A stretch of 64,000 nt of DNA from positions 946 through 64,945 of the forward strand of contig JAHCLE010000002.1 in NCBI GenBank assembly GCA_026125445.1. The letters are read 5' to 3'. The position numbers and the translations under genes were made by a program. The notes beneath the pieces were generated by a model that was not told the origin of the DNA, ran no database searches, and was given only the letters and a program-made list of their open reading frames with translations. The first letter of the stretch is position 1. Every line of letters begins with the position of its first letter. Positions 9,061 to 19,232 of this stretch are shown here, one piece after another. Source of the stretch: Burkholderiales bacterium. GTDB taxonomy: Bacteria > Pseudomonadota > Gammaproteobacteria > Burkholderiales > Usitatibacteraceae.

Positions 9061-9311
9061 GAATCCTGCGGATTTCGTGCCACGACGTAGGCGGCGATCT
9101 GGTCGAGCGTGGCGAGCGTGGCGTAGTCGGACTCGGCGATCTCGACCTTGAAGCGCTGGTGGACGGCGATGAGGAAGTTGAGCCAGTCCATGGAGTCGAG
9201 GTCGACCTGGTCGCGCAGCAGCTTGTCGGGGGCCACGTCGCCCTCCTCCAGCTCGGGGGCGATCTTGCGCAGCTCCTGGAAGAGGAGCGGGACGAGTTCC
9301 TTCGCGTTCAT
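9057..9311 (-). CDS. acyl/peptidyl carrier protein-like (phosphopantetheine-binding) protein
   Basis: 84 aa. 'DQVDLDSMDWLNFLIAV' matches the DSL/DSM phosphopantetheine attachment motif and its helix II context. ATGA overlap with the E2 stop. Confidence 0.75.
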   Translation of the reverse strand: MNAKELVPLLFQELRKIAPELEEGDVAPDKLLRDQVDLDSMDWLNFLIAVHQRFKVEIAESDYATLATLDQIAAYVVARNPQDS

Positions 9312-10420
9312 AGTTTTTCCGGCTCCTGGAGTCGGCGGGAGAGCTCGGCGAGGAAGGCGGCGCCGCGGTGGCCGTCGCTCACGCGGTGGTCCGCCGAAAG
9401 GGTCGCGACGACCACGGGCCGCGCGACCACGGCCCCCTCCTCCACCCACGGCCGCAGGGCGATCCTGCCGAGGCCGACGATCGCCACCTGCGGGGGATAG
9501 ATGACGGGATAGGTCGCCTCGACGCCGGTGTCGCCGAGGTTGGTGATCGTGATGGTGGGATCGGAAAACTCGGAGCTGCGCAGGCTCCCCGCCCGCGCGC
9601 GCTTCACGAGGTCGGCGAGCTTCGCCATCAGGTCGTCGATGGCGAGGTCCTGCACGTCGCGGATGCCGGGCGCCACCAGTCCCCCCTGGCGCAGCGAGAT
9701 GGCCACGCCCGTGTTCACCGAGGCGGAAGGCTGGTAGGCGCCGTCGCGCCAGGTGCCGTTCAGCTCCGGGAAGCCGCGCAGGGCGAGCGCCACCGCCTTG
9801 AGCTGCACGGCGGCCATGAGGATGCGCCCGGTGAGCGGGCGGCGGGCGTTCTCGGCAGAGAGCCAGTCCTGCGCCCGCTGCATCGGGATGGACTCCGCGA
9901 GGTAGTAGTGCGGGATCTCGCGCTTGGAGCGGCTCATGGCGGCGGCGATGGACTTGCGCATCTCGGCCCCGCGGTCGACGGGGGCCGCGGCCGGCACCGC
10001 CTTCGTCGCCCTCTCGACGTCCTCGATCGTCACGGCGCCGTGCGGCCCGGTGCCCGGGATGCCCTCGGGGTCGATGCCCAGCTCGCGCGCCCGGCGGCGG
10101 GCCGCGGGAGACACGGGCCGGCGTTCGCCCGCGACGGGAGGACCGGGCGGCAGCGGGACCGCGGGCGCCGCGCCGGGCTTCTCGCCCGGGGCGAGGAAGC
10201 GCGCGATCGTGGTGCCCACCGGGATCGTCGTGCCCGGCTCGACGAGGAGCGACTCCACCACGCCTTCCTGCCAGGTCTCGACCTCGACCGCGGCCTTCGT
10301 GGTGTCCACGACCGCCACCACGTCGCCCTTCCTCACCGCGTCCCCGGGCTTCACCTTCCACTCGAGGAGCTTGCCCTCGTCCATGTCGGCGCCGAGGGAC
10401 GGGAGCTTGAACTCGATCAT
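9308..10420 (-). CDS. 2-oxo acid / acetoin dehydrogenase E2 (dihydrolipoamide acyltransferase)
   Basis: 370 aa. N-terminal lipoyl domain ('[12 protein letters not shown]'), E3/E1-binding domain ('[28 protein letters not shown]') and catalytic 'DHRVSDG'. Confidence 0.9.
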   Translation of the reverse strand: MIEFKLPSLGADMDEGKLLEWKVKPGDAVRKGDVVAVVDTTKAAVEVETWQEGVVESLLVEPGTTIPVGTTIARFLAPGEKPGAAPAVPLPPGPPVAGERRPVSPAARRRARELGIDPEGIPGTGPHGAVTIEDVERATKAVPAAAPVDRGAEMRKSIAAAMSRSKREIPHYYLAESIPMQRAQDWLSAENARRPLTGRILMAAVQLKAVALALRGFPELNGTWRDGAYQPSASVNTGVAISLRQGGLVAPGIRDVQDLAIDDLMAKLADLVKRARAGSLRSSEFSDPTITITNLGDTGVEATYPVIYPPQVAIVGLGRIALRPWVEEGAVVARPVVVATLSADHRVSDGHRGAAFLAELSRRLQEPEKL

Positions 10421-11382
10421 TGGAAGAGGCCCCTCGCGGCCGCCACGATCTTCTCGGGTTGCGGCAGGGCCGCCTCCTCGAGGTGCTTCGGGTACGGGAT
10501 GGGCACTTCCTCGCGGCAGACGCGAGCCACCGGGGCGTCGAGGTCGTAGAAGGCCTGCTCCATGATGCGGGCCACGATCTCGGCCGAGAGGCTGCCGCTC
10601 CTCCAGCCCTCGTCCACGATCACCGCGCGCCGCGTCTTGCGGACCGAGGCGAGCACGGTGTCCATGTCCAGGGGCCGCAGGACGCGCAGGTCCACGACCT
10701 CGGCGTTGATCCCCTCCGCGGCGAGCTTCTCCGCCGCCGAGAGCGCCTTGGGCACGCAGCCGCCGTAGGCCACGATCGTCACGCGCGTGCCCTGGCGGCG
10801 CACGGCCGCGTGGGCGATGTCGACCGGGGTGCTGGACAGGTCGCCCGCGGTCTCGAAGAGCGCCGGATACTCGAAGACGAGCACGGGGTTGTCCTCGGCG
10901 AGCGCCGCGCCCAGCATGCCGTGCGCATCGTCGATGGTGGCGGGCGCCACGATCTTGAGTCCCGGCACGTGCGCGTACCAGCCCTCGAAGCTGTGAGAGT
11001 GCTGGGCCGCGAGCTGGCGCCCGGCGCCCGTGGCCATGCGGATGACGAGCGGGACGGCGAACTGGCCTCCCGACATGTGGCGCAGGATCGCGGCGGTGTT
11101 CACGATCTGGTCGAGCGGCAGCAGGCTGAAGTTCACCGTCATCACCTCGACGATGGGCTTCATTCCCCCCAGGGCGGCGCCGATGCCGGCGCCCACGAAG
11201 GCGAGCTCGGAGAGCGGCGCGTCGCGCACGCGCTCGGGCCCGAACTCCTCCAGCAGCCCCTTGCTCACGGCGTAGGTGCCGCCGTAGCGGCCCACGTCCT
11301 CGCCCACCAGGAAGACGCGCGGGTCGCCCGCCAGCGCCTCGCGCAACCCCTGTCTCAATGCCTCGCGGTAGGTGATCGTCAT
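10417..11382 (-). CDS. 2-oxo acid / acetoin dehydrogenase E1 beta subunit
   Basis: 321 aa from the ATG at 11382. Typical '[20 protein letters not shown]...RVRDAPLSE' transketolase-Pyr domain. ATGA overlaps at both ends. Confidence 0.9.
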   Translation of the reverse strand: MTITYREALRQGLREALAGDPRVFLVGEDVGRYGGTYAVSKGLLEEFGPERVRDAPLSELAFVGAGIGAALGGMKPIVEVMTVNFSLLPLDQIVNTAAILRHMSGGQFAVPLVIRMATGAGRQLAAQHSHSFEGWYAHVPGLKIVAPATIDDAHGMLGAALAEDNPVLVFEYPALFETAGDLSSTPVDIAHAAVRRQGTRVTIVAYGGCVPKALSAAEKLAAEGINAEVVDLRVLRPLDMDTVLASVRKTRRAVIVDEGWRSGSLSAEIVARIMEQAFYDLDAPVARVCREEVPIPYPKHLEEAALPQPEKIVAAARGLFQ

Positions 11383-12377
11383 GGCGCGTACACGTCCTTC
11401 GTGAGGTCCTCGACCGGCTCCCAGTCCCCGGCCTCGGCGAAGGCGACGGCGCGCTCGACCTCCGCGGCCACCTGGGAGTCGATGTCGAGGAAGCGCTCCT
11501 CGGTGAGGTGGCCCTGCTCCTTGAGGCGCGCGGTGAAGGTGTGGATGGGCCCGCGCTTCTTCCACTCCTCGACCTCGGCCTTTTCGCGGTAGAGCTCTGG
11601 GTCGAACATCGAGTGGGCGCGGAAGCGGTAGGTGCGGAACTCCACGAAGACGGGCCCGCCGCCGGCCATCACGCGCTCGCGCGCGCGCCGCGCCCCCTCG
11701 TAGCAGGCCACCACGTCCATCCCGTCCACGGCGAAGGCTTCGATGCCGTAGGAGGCCGCCTTCACGGCGAGGTCCGTCTGCGACTCCGAGCGCTCGATGG
11801 CCGTGCCCATCGCATAGAGGTTGTTCTCGCAGAAGAAGGCGACCGGCAGCTTCCAGAGCGCCGCGAGGTTCACGGACTCGTGGAAGGCGCCCTCGGCCAT
11901 CGCGCCCTCGCCGAAGAAGCAGGCGGTGAGCCGCTCCTCGCCGCGCAGCTTCGCGGCCAGGGCGAATCCCACGGCGAGCGGAAGCCCTCCACCGACGATG
12001 GCATTGCCCCCGTAGAAGCGCGCGTGCGCGTCGAAGAGGTGCATGGAGCCGCCGCGGCCGCGCGAGCAGCCCTCCTTCTTGCCGAACATCTCGGCCATGA
12101 TGCGTTCCATGGGAACGCCCTTGAGGAGCGCGTGCCCGTGCTCCCGGTAGGTGGCCACCACGTTGTCGCCGCGCGCGAGCGCGTGCATCGCGCCCGTGGC
12201 CACCGCCTCCTCGCCGATGTACAGGTGCAGGAAGCCGCGGATCTTCGCCGCGCCGTAGAGCTCGGCGCACTTCTCCTCCATGCGCCGGATGCGCAGCATG
12301 TCCTTCAGGAGTTTCAGGGAATTCTCGCGCGCGAACGGAACGGGCCCGGAAGGCGGCGCGCTGGCGGCGTGGCTCAT
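11379..12377 (-). CDS. 2-oxo acid / acetoin dehydrogenase E1 alpha subunit (ThDP-binding)
   Basis: 332 aa from the ATG at 12377. ThDP motif '[38 protein letters not shown]', with GEG in place of the usual GDG. Confidence 0.9.
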   Translation of the reverse strand: MSHAASAPPSGPVPFARENSLKLLKDMLRIRRMEEKCAELYGAAKIRGFLHLYIGEEAVATGAMHALARGDNVVATYREHGHALLKGVPMERIMAEMFGKKEGCSRGRGGSMHLFDAHARFYGGNAIVGGGLPLAVGFALAAKLRGEERLTACFFGEGAMAEGAFHESVNLAALWKLPVAFFCENNLYAMGTAIERSESQTDLAVKAASYGIEAFAVDGMDVVACYEGARRARERVMAGGGPVFVEFRTYRFRAHSMFDPELYREKAEVEEWKKRGPIHTFTARLKEQGHLTEERFLDIDSQVAAEVERAVAFAEAGDWEPVEDLTKDVYAP

Positions 12378-14080
12378 GATCCTCCCTCCAGGGTGGAGAG
12401 GTCTCCCTCGGGCAGGCCCAGCTCGCGCGCCTTGAGCAGCCTGCGCATGATCTTGCCGCTCCTCGTGCGCGGCAGCGTCGTGGCGAACGCGATCTCCTTG
12501 GGCGCGATGGCGGCCCCCAGGCGCTTCCTCACGTGGCCCAGGATCTCCATGCGCAGCGCCTCGTCCGGGACGAACCCGGTCTTTAGCGAGACGAAGGCCT
12601 TCACGATCTCGCCCACCACCGGGTCGGGCTTGCCGATGACGCCCGCCTCGGCCACGGCGCGGTGCTCCATGAGCACGCTCTCGACCTCGAAGGGGCCGAT
12701 GAGGTGGCCGGCGGACTTGATCACGTCGTCGGCGCGGCCCACGAACCAGAAGTAGCCGTCGGCGTCGCGGCGCGCGAGGTCGCCCGTGAGGTACCAGCCG
12801 TCGACGAAGCACTTGCGGTAGCGCTCGTCCTGGTCGAGGTAGCCGCGGAACATCGAGGGCCAGCCCGGGCGCAGCGCGAGCTCGCCCTCGGTGCCGGGGG
12901 CGGCCACGATCTCCAGGCCGTCGTCCTTTCGGTGCACGATAGCCGCCTCCACGCCCGGCAGGGGCTTGCCCATGGAGCCGGGCTTCACGTCCATGGCGGC
13001 GGTGTTGGCGATCATGATCCCGCCGGTCTCCGTCTGCCACCAGTTGTCGTGGATCGGCATGCCGAACGCGTCCATCCCCCACCACACGGCCTCGGGGTTG
13101 AGCGGCTCGCCCACGCTCGCCACGAAGCGAAGCCGCGGGAAGGCGTGCGTTCGCGCGAGCTCGGCCCCGGCCTTCATGAGCATGCGGATCGCCGTGGGCG
13201 CCGTGTACCAGACGCTCACCCGCTCCTCCTCGAGGATGCGGTACCAGCGCTCGGCGTCGAAGTCGGCCTCGTCCACGATGCTGGTCACGCCGTGCACCAG
13301 GGGCGTCACGATGCCGTAGGAGGTGCCGGTGACCCAGCCGGGATCGGCCGTGCACCAGAACACGTCGTCCGGGTGAAGGTCGAGCGCGACCTTGCCGGTG
13401 GCGCAGTGCATCACCACGGCGCCGTGCACGTGCACCGCCCCCTTGGGCATGCCCGTCGTGCCGCTCGTGAAGTGCAGGAAGGAGGTGTCCTCGGCCGTCG
13501 TGGCCGCCACTTCGCATTGCGGCGAGGCCGCGGCGAATTGCGCGCGGAAGTCTGCCGAGTCCACGCGCAGCACGTTCGCGAGCGTGGGCATCGGCACCGC
13601 GATCTTCGCCACCTTCTTCTGGTAGAGCGCCTCGGTGGTCACGAGCACCTTGCCGCGGCCCATGGCGATGCGCGTGGCGATGGGCTCGGGCCCGAAGGCC
13701 GAGAAGAGCGGCGAGACGGCCGCCCCCAGCTTGAGCGCGCCCAGCACCGCGAAGTAGAGCTCCGGCACTCGCCCGCACAGCACGAAGACGACGTCGCCCC
13801 TGCCCACGCCCAGCCCGCGCAGCAGGTTGGCGAAGCGGCTCGAGGACTCGTCGAGCTCGCGGTAGGTGATAGGGCGAACCTCGCCCGTGGCCGGGTGCCA
13901 GCGGATGGCGACGCGATCGGCGAGCGCGCCGCGCGCGTGCCTCGCGACCGCCTCCCACGCGATGTTCAGGCCTCCGCCGGGCAGCCCGTCGAGGAGCCGG
14001 CGCGCCTCGTCCCAGCCCATCGCGGGGTTTGGGGGCGCCGGCAGCGCCGCGAGATCCTTGTGGATGACGGCCGGTCTCAT
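12374..14080 (-). CDS. AMP-forming acetyl-CoA synthetase family ligase (short AcsA-like form)
   Basis: 568 aa from the ATG at 14080 (AAGGAG RBS). '[10 protein letters not shown]', 'WWQTETGG' and C-terminal 'SGKIMRR' adenylate-forming motifs. Confidence 0.85.
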   Translation of the reverse strand: MRPAVIHKDLAALPAPPNPAMGWDEARRLLDGLPGGGLNIAWEAVARHARGALADRVAIRWHPATGEVRPITYRELDESSSRFANLLRGLGVGRGDVVFVLCGRVPELYFAVLGALKLGAAVSPLFSAFGPEPIATRIAMGRGKVLVTTEALYQKKVAKIAVPMPTLANVLRVDSADFRAQFAAASPQCEVAATTAEDTSFLHFTSGTTGMPKGAVHVHGAVVMHCATGKVALDLHPDDVFWCTADPGWVTGTSYGIVTPLVHGVTSIVDEADFDAERWYRILEEERVSVWYTAPTAIRMLMKAGAELARTHAFPRLRFVASVGEPLNPEAVWWGMDAFGMPIHDNWWQTETGGIMIANTAAMDVKPGSMGKPLPGVEAAIVHRKDDGLEIVAAPGTEGELALRPGWPSMFRGYLDQDERYRKCFVDGWYLTGDLARRDADGYFWFVGRADDVIKSAGHLIGPFEVESVLMEHRAVAEAGVIGKPDPVVGEIVKAFVSLKTGFVPDEALRMEILGHVRKRLGAAIAPKEIAFATTLPRTRSGKIMRRLLKARELGLPEGDLSTLEGGS

Positions 14081-14129
14081 GGTCCGTGCTCCTTGGCTGC
14101 CGGACGATGCGCCCGGCGCGCGAGAGATC

Positions 14130-14143
14130 GTGGACGAGTCCAC
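14130..14143. promoter_or_regulatory. perfect palindrome GTGGAC-GA-GTCCAC in the acs/ppdK divergent region
   Basis: 6-bp arms with a 2-nt spacer. Candidate operator; no matching regulator identified. Confidence 0.3.
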
Positions 14144-14167
14144 TGTAGGAGCGCCCGCGCCGGCACC

Positions 14168-14183
14168 GTTGACCCCGGTCAAC
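14168..14183. promoter_or_regulatory. FNR/CRP-family box GTTGAC-CCCG-GTCAAC
   Basis: Perfect TTGAC-N4-GTCAA inverted repeat with the FixK/FNR core TTGA-N6-TCAA. About 77 nt from the ppdK ATG and about 95 nt from the ligase ATG. Confidence 0.5.
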
Positions 14184-14252
14184 AGGGCTGCCGATGCCGG
14201 GCGCCACACTGGTCTGCAACCACCGCCGCACGTCGGCCATAAGGTCAATGCC

Positions 14253-17003
14253 ATGACATCCCGCACCGCCAGGAAAGCTCGCGCGCCGCAGCCCCGCCGC
14301 GCCGCGACCGAGAAGTGGGTCTACCTGTTCTCCGAAGGCAACGCGCGCCGCAAGGACCTCCTCGGCGGCAAGGGCGCGAACCTCGCCGAGATGACGCGCA
14401 TGGGCCTTCCGGTCCCGCCGGGATTCATCGTGAGCACGCGCGCGTGCAACGCCTACCTCGCCGCCGGCGGCTTCCCCGCCGGCATGTGGGCGCAGGTCGA
14501 GCGGGCGCTCGCCAAGGTCGAGCGCCTGGCCGGCAAGCGACTGGGCGACGCCGCGAACCCGCTCCTCGTCTCGTGCCGCTCCGGCGCGCGATTCTCGATG
14601 CCGGGGATGATGGACACGGTCCTCAACATCGGCATGAACGACGCCGTGGCCGCCGGCATCGCGAAGCTCACCGGCGACGAGCGCTTCGTGAACGACGCCT
14701 ACCGGCGCCTGGTGCAGATGTTCGGCACCGTGGTGCTGAACCTCCCGGACGAGCCCTTCGAGGAGGTGCTCGCGCGCGCGCGGAAGGCCCACGGCGTGGC
14801 GAACGACGCCGACCTGGGCGCGGCCACGCTGCTGGAGGTGACCGCGGAATTCAAGCGCATCGTGAAGGCGCGCGCGAAGCGCCCGTTCCCGGACGATCCG
14901 CTCGAGCAGCTGAAGCTCGCGACGGAGGCGGTCTTCAGGTCGTGGAACGGCAAGCGCGCCATCGACTACCGCAACGCCGCGGGCATCGCGCACGACCTGG
15001 GCACGGCGGTCAACATCCAGACCATGGTCTTCGGCAACATGGGCGCGGGCTCGGGCACGGGCGTGCTCACCACCCGCAACGTCACCACGGGCGAGGCGCG
15101 CCTCGAGGGCGACTGGCTTTCCAACGCGCAGGGCGAGGACGTGGTGGCCGGCACGCGCGCCACCCGCCGGATCGAGGAGCTCAAGGGCGAGATGCCGCGC
15201 ATCCACGCCGAGCTCGCGCGCCACTGCCGCACCCTGGAACGGCACTTCCGCGAGGTGCAGGACGTCGAGTTCACCATCGAGCGCGGCAGGCTCTGGATGC
15301 TGCAGACGCGCGACGCCAAGCGCACGGCGCAGGCCGCGGTGAGGATCGCCGTCGATCTCGCCGGCGAGAAGCTCATCACCCGCGACGAGGCGGTCATGCG
15401 CGTCTCGCCCGACCACGTGGACGCCTTCCTGCACCCGCAGTTCGACCCGCGCGAGAAGACGGCGGCGAAGAAGCGAGGCGACCTGCTCGCCTCGGGGCTG
15501 AACGTCTCGCCGGGCGCGGCGAGCGGCATCCTCGCCTTCGACGCCGACACCGCCGAGCAGTGGGGCGCCCGCGACGGCAAGGCCGTGATCATGGTTCGCC
15601 CCGAGACCAAGCCCGACGACGTGCACGGCATGCTCGCCGCCAGGGGGATCCTCACCAGCCGCGGGGGACGCACCAGCCACGCGGCGCTCGTGGCGCGCCA
15701 GTTCGGCAAGCCCGCCGTCGTCGGCGTGTCCGCGATGGAGGTCGACGCCGAGGCGCGGACCTTTACGATCGACGGCCGCCTCTTCCGCGAGGGCGACGCG
15801 GTCTCCATCGACGGCACCACGGGCGAGGTGTTCGCCGGGAGCCTGAAGACGGTGGTGCCCGAGTTCACCGACCCCTACCTCGCGAAGCTGCTGGGCTGGG
15901 CCGACGGCTTCCGCCGCCTGGGGGTCTGGGCCAACGCCGACTACCCGCGCGATGCCGAGAGAGCCCGCGGCTACGGGGCGCAGGGCATCGGCCTGTGCCG
16001 CACGGAGCACATGTTCTTCGAGACCGAGCGCCTGCCGCTGGTGCAGCAGATGATCCTCGCCACGACCGACGCCGAGCGCGAGGGGCCGCTCGCGAAGCTC
16101 CTGCCCTTCCAGAGGAGCGACTTCGTCGGGCTCTTCCGCGCCATGGACGGCCTGCCGGTCACCATCCGTCTCATCGACCCGCCGCTGCACGAGTTCCTGC
16201 CGGCGCACGACGAGCTCCTGCGCGACGTGACCGAGATGCAGACGCGGGCGACGCTGGCCCCCGGGGGCGACCCGCTGGGCCTCGCCGGCACGCTCGAGCA
16301 GAAGAAGCGCCTGCTGGCGGCCGTGGAGGCGATGCGCGAGGCGAACCCCATGCTGGGGCTTCGCGGCGTGCGCCTGGGCATCCACCTGCCGCAGCTCGTG
16401 CGCATGCAGGTGCGCGCCATCGTAGAGGCCGCCTGCCGCTGCAAGCGCGAGGGCGTCAAGGTGAAGCCCAAGATCATGATCCCCCTCACCGCGCACAACA
16501 ACGAGCTCAAGGTCGAGGAGGCGATCCTCGAGGCCGAGGCGCGCGCGGTGATGAAGGAGCAAGGCGTGCGCGTGGACTACCAGTTCGGCACGATGATCGA
16601 GATCCCGCGCGCGGCGCTCACCGCCGGCGAGATCGCCCGCTACGCCCAGTTCTTCTCCTTCGGCACCAACGACCTCACCCAGACCACCTTCGGCATCTCG
16701 CGAGACGACGCCGAGACCGGCTTCCTGCAGGAGTACCTCGAGCGCCGCATCCTGCCCGAGAACCCCTTCGCGACCCTGGACCAGGCCGGCGTGGGCAAGC
16801 TCATGGAGATGGGCGTGCGGCTGGGGCGCGAGGTGCGCCCCGACCTGGAGGTGGGCATCTGCGGCGAGCACGGCGGCGACCCGGCGACCATCCGCTTCTG
16901 CCACCGCATCGGGCTGGACTACGTGAGCTGCTCGCCCTACCGCGTGCCCGTGGCGCGGCTTGCCGCCGCCCAGGCGGCCCTGGCCGACGCCGGCCGGCGT
17001 TAG
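14253..17003 (+). CDS. ppdK: pyruvate, phosphate dikinase
   Basis: 916 aa. '[10 protein letters not shown]' ATP-grasp N-terminus, catalytic His in '[18 protein letters not shown]', and PEP-utilising TIM domain '[11 protein letters not shown]'. Confidence 0.95.
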   Translation: MTSRTARKARAPQPRRAATEKWVYLFSEGNARRKDLLGGKGANLAEMTRMGLPVPPGFIVSTRACNAYLAAGGFPAGMWAQVERALAKVERLAGKRLGDAANPLLVSCRSGARFSMPGMMDTVLNIGMNDAVAAGIAKLTGDERFVNDAYRRLVQMFGTVVLNLPDEPFEEVLARARKAHGVANDADLGAATLLEVTAEFKRIVKARAKRPFPDDPLEQLKLATEAVFRSWNGKRAIDYRNAAGIAHDLGTAVNIQTMVFGNMGAGSGTGVLTTRNVTTGEARLEGDWLSNAQGEDVVAGTRATRRIEELKGEMPRIHAELARHCRTLERHFREVQDVEFTIERGRLWMLQTRDAKRTAQAAVRIAVDLAGEKLITRDEAVMRVSPDHVDAFLHPQFDPREKTAAKKRGDLLASGLNVSPGAASGILAFDADTAEQWGARDGKAVIMVRPETKPDDVHGMLAARGILTSRGGRTSHAALVARQFGKPAVVGVSAMEVDAEARTFTIDGRLFREGDAVSIDGTTGEVFAGSLKTVVPEFTDPYLAKLLGWADGFRRLGVWANADYPRDAERARGYGAQGIGLCRTEHMFFETERLPLVQQMILATTDAEREGPLAKLLPFQRSDFVGLFRAMDGLPVTIRLIDPPLHEFLPAHDELLRDVTEMQTRATLAPGGDPLGLAGTLEQKKRLLAAVEAMREANPMLGLRGVRLGIHLPQLVRMQVRAIVEAACRCKREGVKVKPKIMIPLTAHNNELKVEEAILEAEARAVMKEQGVRVDYQFGTMIEIPRAALTAGEIARYAQFFSFGTNDLTQTTFGISRDDAETGFLQEYLERRILPENPFATLDQAGVGKLMEMGVRLGREVRPDLEVGICGEHGGDPATIRFCHRIGLDYVSCSPYRVPVARLAAAQAALADAGRR

Positions 17004-17008
17004 GGACA

Positions 17009-17031
17009 AAGGGGCCTGGAAGGGCCCCTTT
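17009..17031 (+). terminator. candidate terminator after ppdK
   Basis: AAGGGGCC-tggaag-GGCCCCTT hairpin followed by TTC. The T-tract is short. Confidence 0.45.
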
Positions 17032-17042
17032 CGGGCCGATTT

Positions 17043-17058
17043 TGTGAACTGGTTCACA
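17043..17058. promoter_or_regulatory. CRP/Clp-type box TGTGAAC-TG-GTTCACA
   Basis: Perfect 7-bp inverted repeat matching TGTGA-N6-TCACA exactly. Centre is about 91 nt upstream of the ATG at 17142. Confidence 0.5.
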
Positions 17059-17141
17059 GTCAGGGCGTGTATTCCGGCGCATGTTGCAGTTGTAGCGTCC
17101 ATAGTCCCGGGACCAGGGGCACGGCGCGACAGGAGGCCCAC

Positions 17142-18086
17142 ATGAGCCAAGGCGCGCAGGCGGAAGCATCCCTCTCTCCCCGTATCGGCATCTACGGGAT
17201 CTTCGACCGCATCCCCTTCCTGAAGGGCAAGTACGCGCAGAAGTTCGCGGCCGCGACCGTCATCGCCGTGGTGCCGCCGCTGGTGATCCTGCTCTCCTAC
17301 CTGCTCTTCGCGAACGACGTCTCCGAGAACGCCAAGAAGCTGCTGCCGGCCCTGGGGCTCACCTATCTCGGCGGCTTCATGGCCATGCTCTGGTTGCACC
17401 AGGGGCTGCTCGCCCCGGTGGTCATGTCCTCGACGGCCATGAAGAAGTACCTCGACGACGGCCGCGCGCCGCAGATGAACGCCCCCGCCGGCTTCTACGA
17501 CGAGGCCGGGCGCCTCATGGGCCGCACGCAGTACGTGCTGGAGCTCCTCGAGCGCTGGGGCGCGCGCATCGAGAGCCTCACGGACCTCGACGACATCACC
17601 GGCGTCTACACGCGGCGCGCGGGCGAGAAGCGCCTGGGCGAGGAGATCGCCCGCAGCGAGCGCGACGACACCACCTTCCACGTCCTGCTGGTGGACATGC
17701 GGGCCTTCGGCGCGGTGCGCGAGGAGCACGGCTACGGCGCGGGCGACGTCTGCCTCGTCCAGATCGCCGCGGACCTCATCGCCAACACCCGCAAGGGCGA
17801 CTGGATCGCGCGCTGGGGCAACGACCGCTTCCTCGTCGGCCTGCACCGCAACCGCAGCGCCAAGCTCGTCACCGACCGCATCCTGCACGCCATCGACTCG
17901 GTGCCCTGCCAGGTGGCCCCCGGCAAGGAGATCGCGGTGCGCGTGTCCTGCGCGGTGATGGAATACCGCCTCGGGCTCGGCCCGGAAAGGCTCCTGCAGC
18001 GGCTCGACGAGGCGCTGGCGGAAGCCAAGTTCAAGAGCGTTCCCGGCGGGCCCTCGCGGGCCGTCTTCCGGCTGGGCGAGCGCTAG
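17142..18086 (+). CDS. membrane-anchored degenerate GGDEF-domain protein (GNDRF active site, RxxD retained)
   Basis: AGGAGG RBS. Two TM segments, then a GGDEF fold '[16 protein letters not shown]...[18 protein letters not shown]'. Confidence 0.75.
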   Translation: MSQGAQAEASLSPRIGIYGIFDRIPFLKGKYAQKFAAATVIAVVPPLVILLSYLLFANDVSENAKKLLPALGLTYLGGFMAMLWLHQGLLAPVVMSSTAMKKYLDDGRAPQMNAPAGFYDEAGRLMGRTQYVLELLERWGARIESLTDLDDITGVYTRRAGEKRLGEEIARSERDDTTFHVLLVDMRAFGAVREEHGYGAGDVCLVQIAADLIANTRKGDWIARWGNDRFLVGLHRNRSAKLVTDRILHAIDSVPCQVAPGKEIAVRVSCAVMEYRLGLGPERLLQRLDEALAEAKFKSVPGGPSRAVFRLGER

Positions 18087-18092
18087 CGCGCC

Positions 18093-19232
18093 TTACTCCG
18101 GCGCAGCCGCCGCAGGCGGCCGCCGCCTCTCGATGTGGAAGCGCACGAGTGCGGCGAGGCGGTAGAGCGCGTGCGCGAACTTCCCGTAGGGCATGGTCGC
18201 GAAGAGCGCCAGCACCACGCCCAGGTGCGCGACGAGGAGGATCCCCATCGCCCGCGTCTCGCGCAGGGCCAGGAGCGCAAGCCCCGTGAGGCTCGCGAGA
18301 AAGAGGAGCGCGAGGAAGCCCGACTCCATGCCGCGCTGCGCGGGATCCGCCAGCTCCGGATCGCGCCTGCGCTTGAGCCAGGCGAGTCCCGCCGTCCCCA
18401 CGAGGAGCCCGATGCCCCCCAGGGTGCCCAGCACCACCGGCAGGCTCCAGAACGCGTAAGGCGCCTTCCAGCCGAACGCGTAGTGGTAGACCGTCGCCGT
18501 GCTCGTGGCCGCGAAGCACAGCAGGAACCCGTAGAGCGTGAAGTGGTGGAAGCTGCGGCGGGCGAACGAGGGCTCGTCGTCCGGATACGTGCACCCGTCC
18601 CCTCCCCCGTCCAGGTACCTGAGGACCGCGGCGTCGTGGATGGCGACGGCGGCGGGCCCGGGGGCCGAAAACGGCGACTCCTCCTCCCCGGTGTCCTTCC
18701 AGAAGCGCGCGAAGCCGATCGCGAACGCGAGGATCACGAAGAGCGACACCGCACCGAACACCGCGACCATGGCCCCGTGCGGAACGACCGCGTAGAAGGA
18801 GCCCTGCGCGTCGGAGTGGGCCGCGAGGAGCCTTTCCGGTCCCGCGAGCCAGGCGGCGAAGAGGAGGAAGAAGACGAGGCCCGCCGCGGTGGCGAGGCTT
18901 GCGGCGAGCCCGCCCGCGTCGAAGGCGCGCGCCAGGAACCCGGGCCACGCATACCGGCGCCAGGTGCCAACCCGCGCCTGCGCCATGAGCCGCGGGAAGT
19001 TGAGCGCGAACTCGTGCGGCGGCGCGTACTGGCAGGCGTAAAGGCAGGAGCCGCAGTTGTGGCAGAGGTTGGCGAGGTAGTGCACGTCGCCTTCCGTGAA
19101 CGACAGCCGGCGCTGCAGCGCCGGGAAGACGGCGCAGTAGCCCTCGCAGTAGCGGCAGGCGTTGCAGATGGCCAGCTGCCTCTGCGCCTCCTCGACGAGG
19201 TCGGGCAGGGTGCGCGGCTCAGGCGCGTGCAT
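18093..19232 (-). CDS. tcuB: tricarballylate utilisation Fe-S membrane protein
   Basis: 379 aa from the ATG at 19232. 'CNACRYCEGYC' and 'CHNCGSCLYAC' cluster motifs followed by multiple TM helices. Follows tcuA. Confidence 0.85.
   Translation of the reverse strand: MHAPEPRTLPDLVEEAQRQLAICNACRYCEGYCAVFPALQRRLSFTEGDVHYLANLCHNCGSCLYACQYAPPHEFALNFPRLMAQARVGTWRRYAWPGFLARAFDAGGLAASLATAAGLVFFLLFAAWLAGPERLLAAHSDAQGSFYAVVPHGAMVAVFGAVSLFVILAFAIGFARFWKDTGEEESPFSAPGPAAVAIHDAAVLRYLDGGGDGCTYPDDEPSFARRSFHHFTLYGFLLCFAATSTATVYHYAFGWKAPYAFWSLPVVLGTLGGIGLLVGTAGLAWLKRRRDPELADPAQRGMESGFLALLFLASLTGLALLALRETRAMGILLVAHLGVVLALFATMPYGKFAHALYRLAALVRFHIERRRPPAAAAPE

Noticed and set aside
9045-9062. Possible sigma32 heat-shock promoter for hsp20 (CTTGAC-N13-CCCCGCGC on the minus strand).
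   Set aside because: Only the CTTGA and CCCC parts match the sigma32 consensus (CTTGAAA / CCCCATNT). The same bases fit the FNR-type half-sites better. The site is kept only as a weak FNR-like box.
11379-17888. 2169-aa ORF on the minus strand. Similar giant ORFs: 26707..33309 (2200 aa), 27723..33395 (1890 aa), 49760..53395 (1211 aa), 18734..21640, 22457..25132 and 5454..7994.
   Set aside because: Their translations are Arg/Ala/Gly/Pro-rich low-complexity strings typical of off-frame or antisense reading of very GC-rich DNA. Each is fully covered by ORFs in another frame or strand that carry unambiguous family motifs (ppdK, putA, dcp, GMC/ThDP enzymes, tcuA and others). Only the 3' 999 nt of 11379..17888 (E1 alpha) is real.
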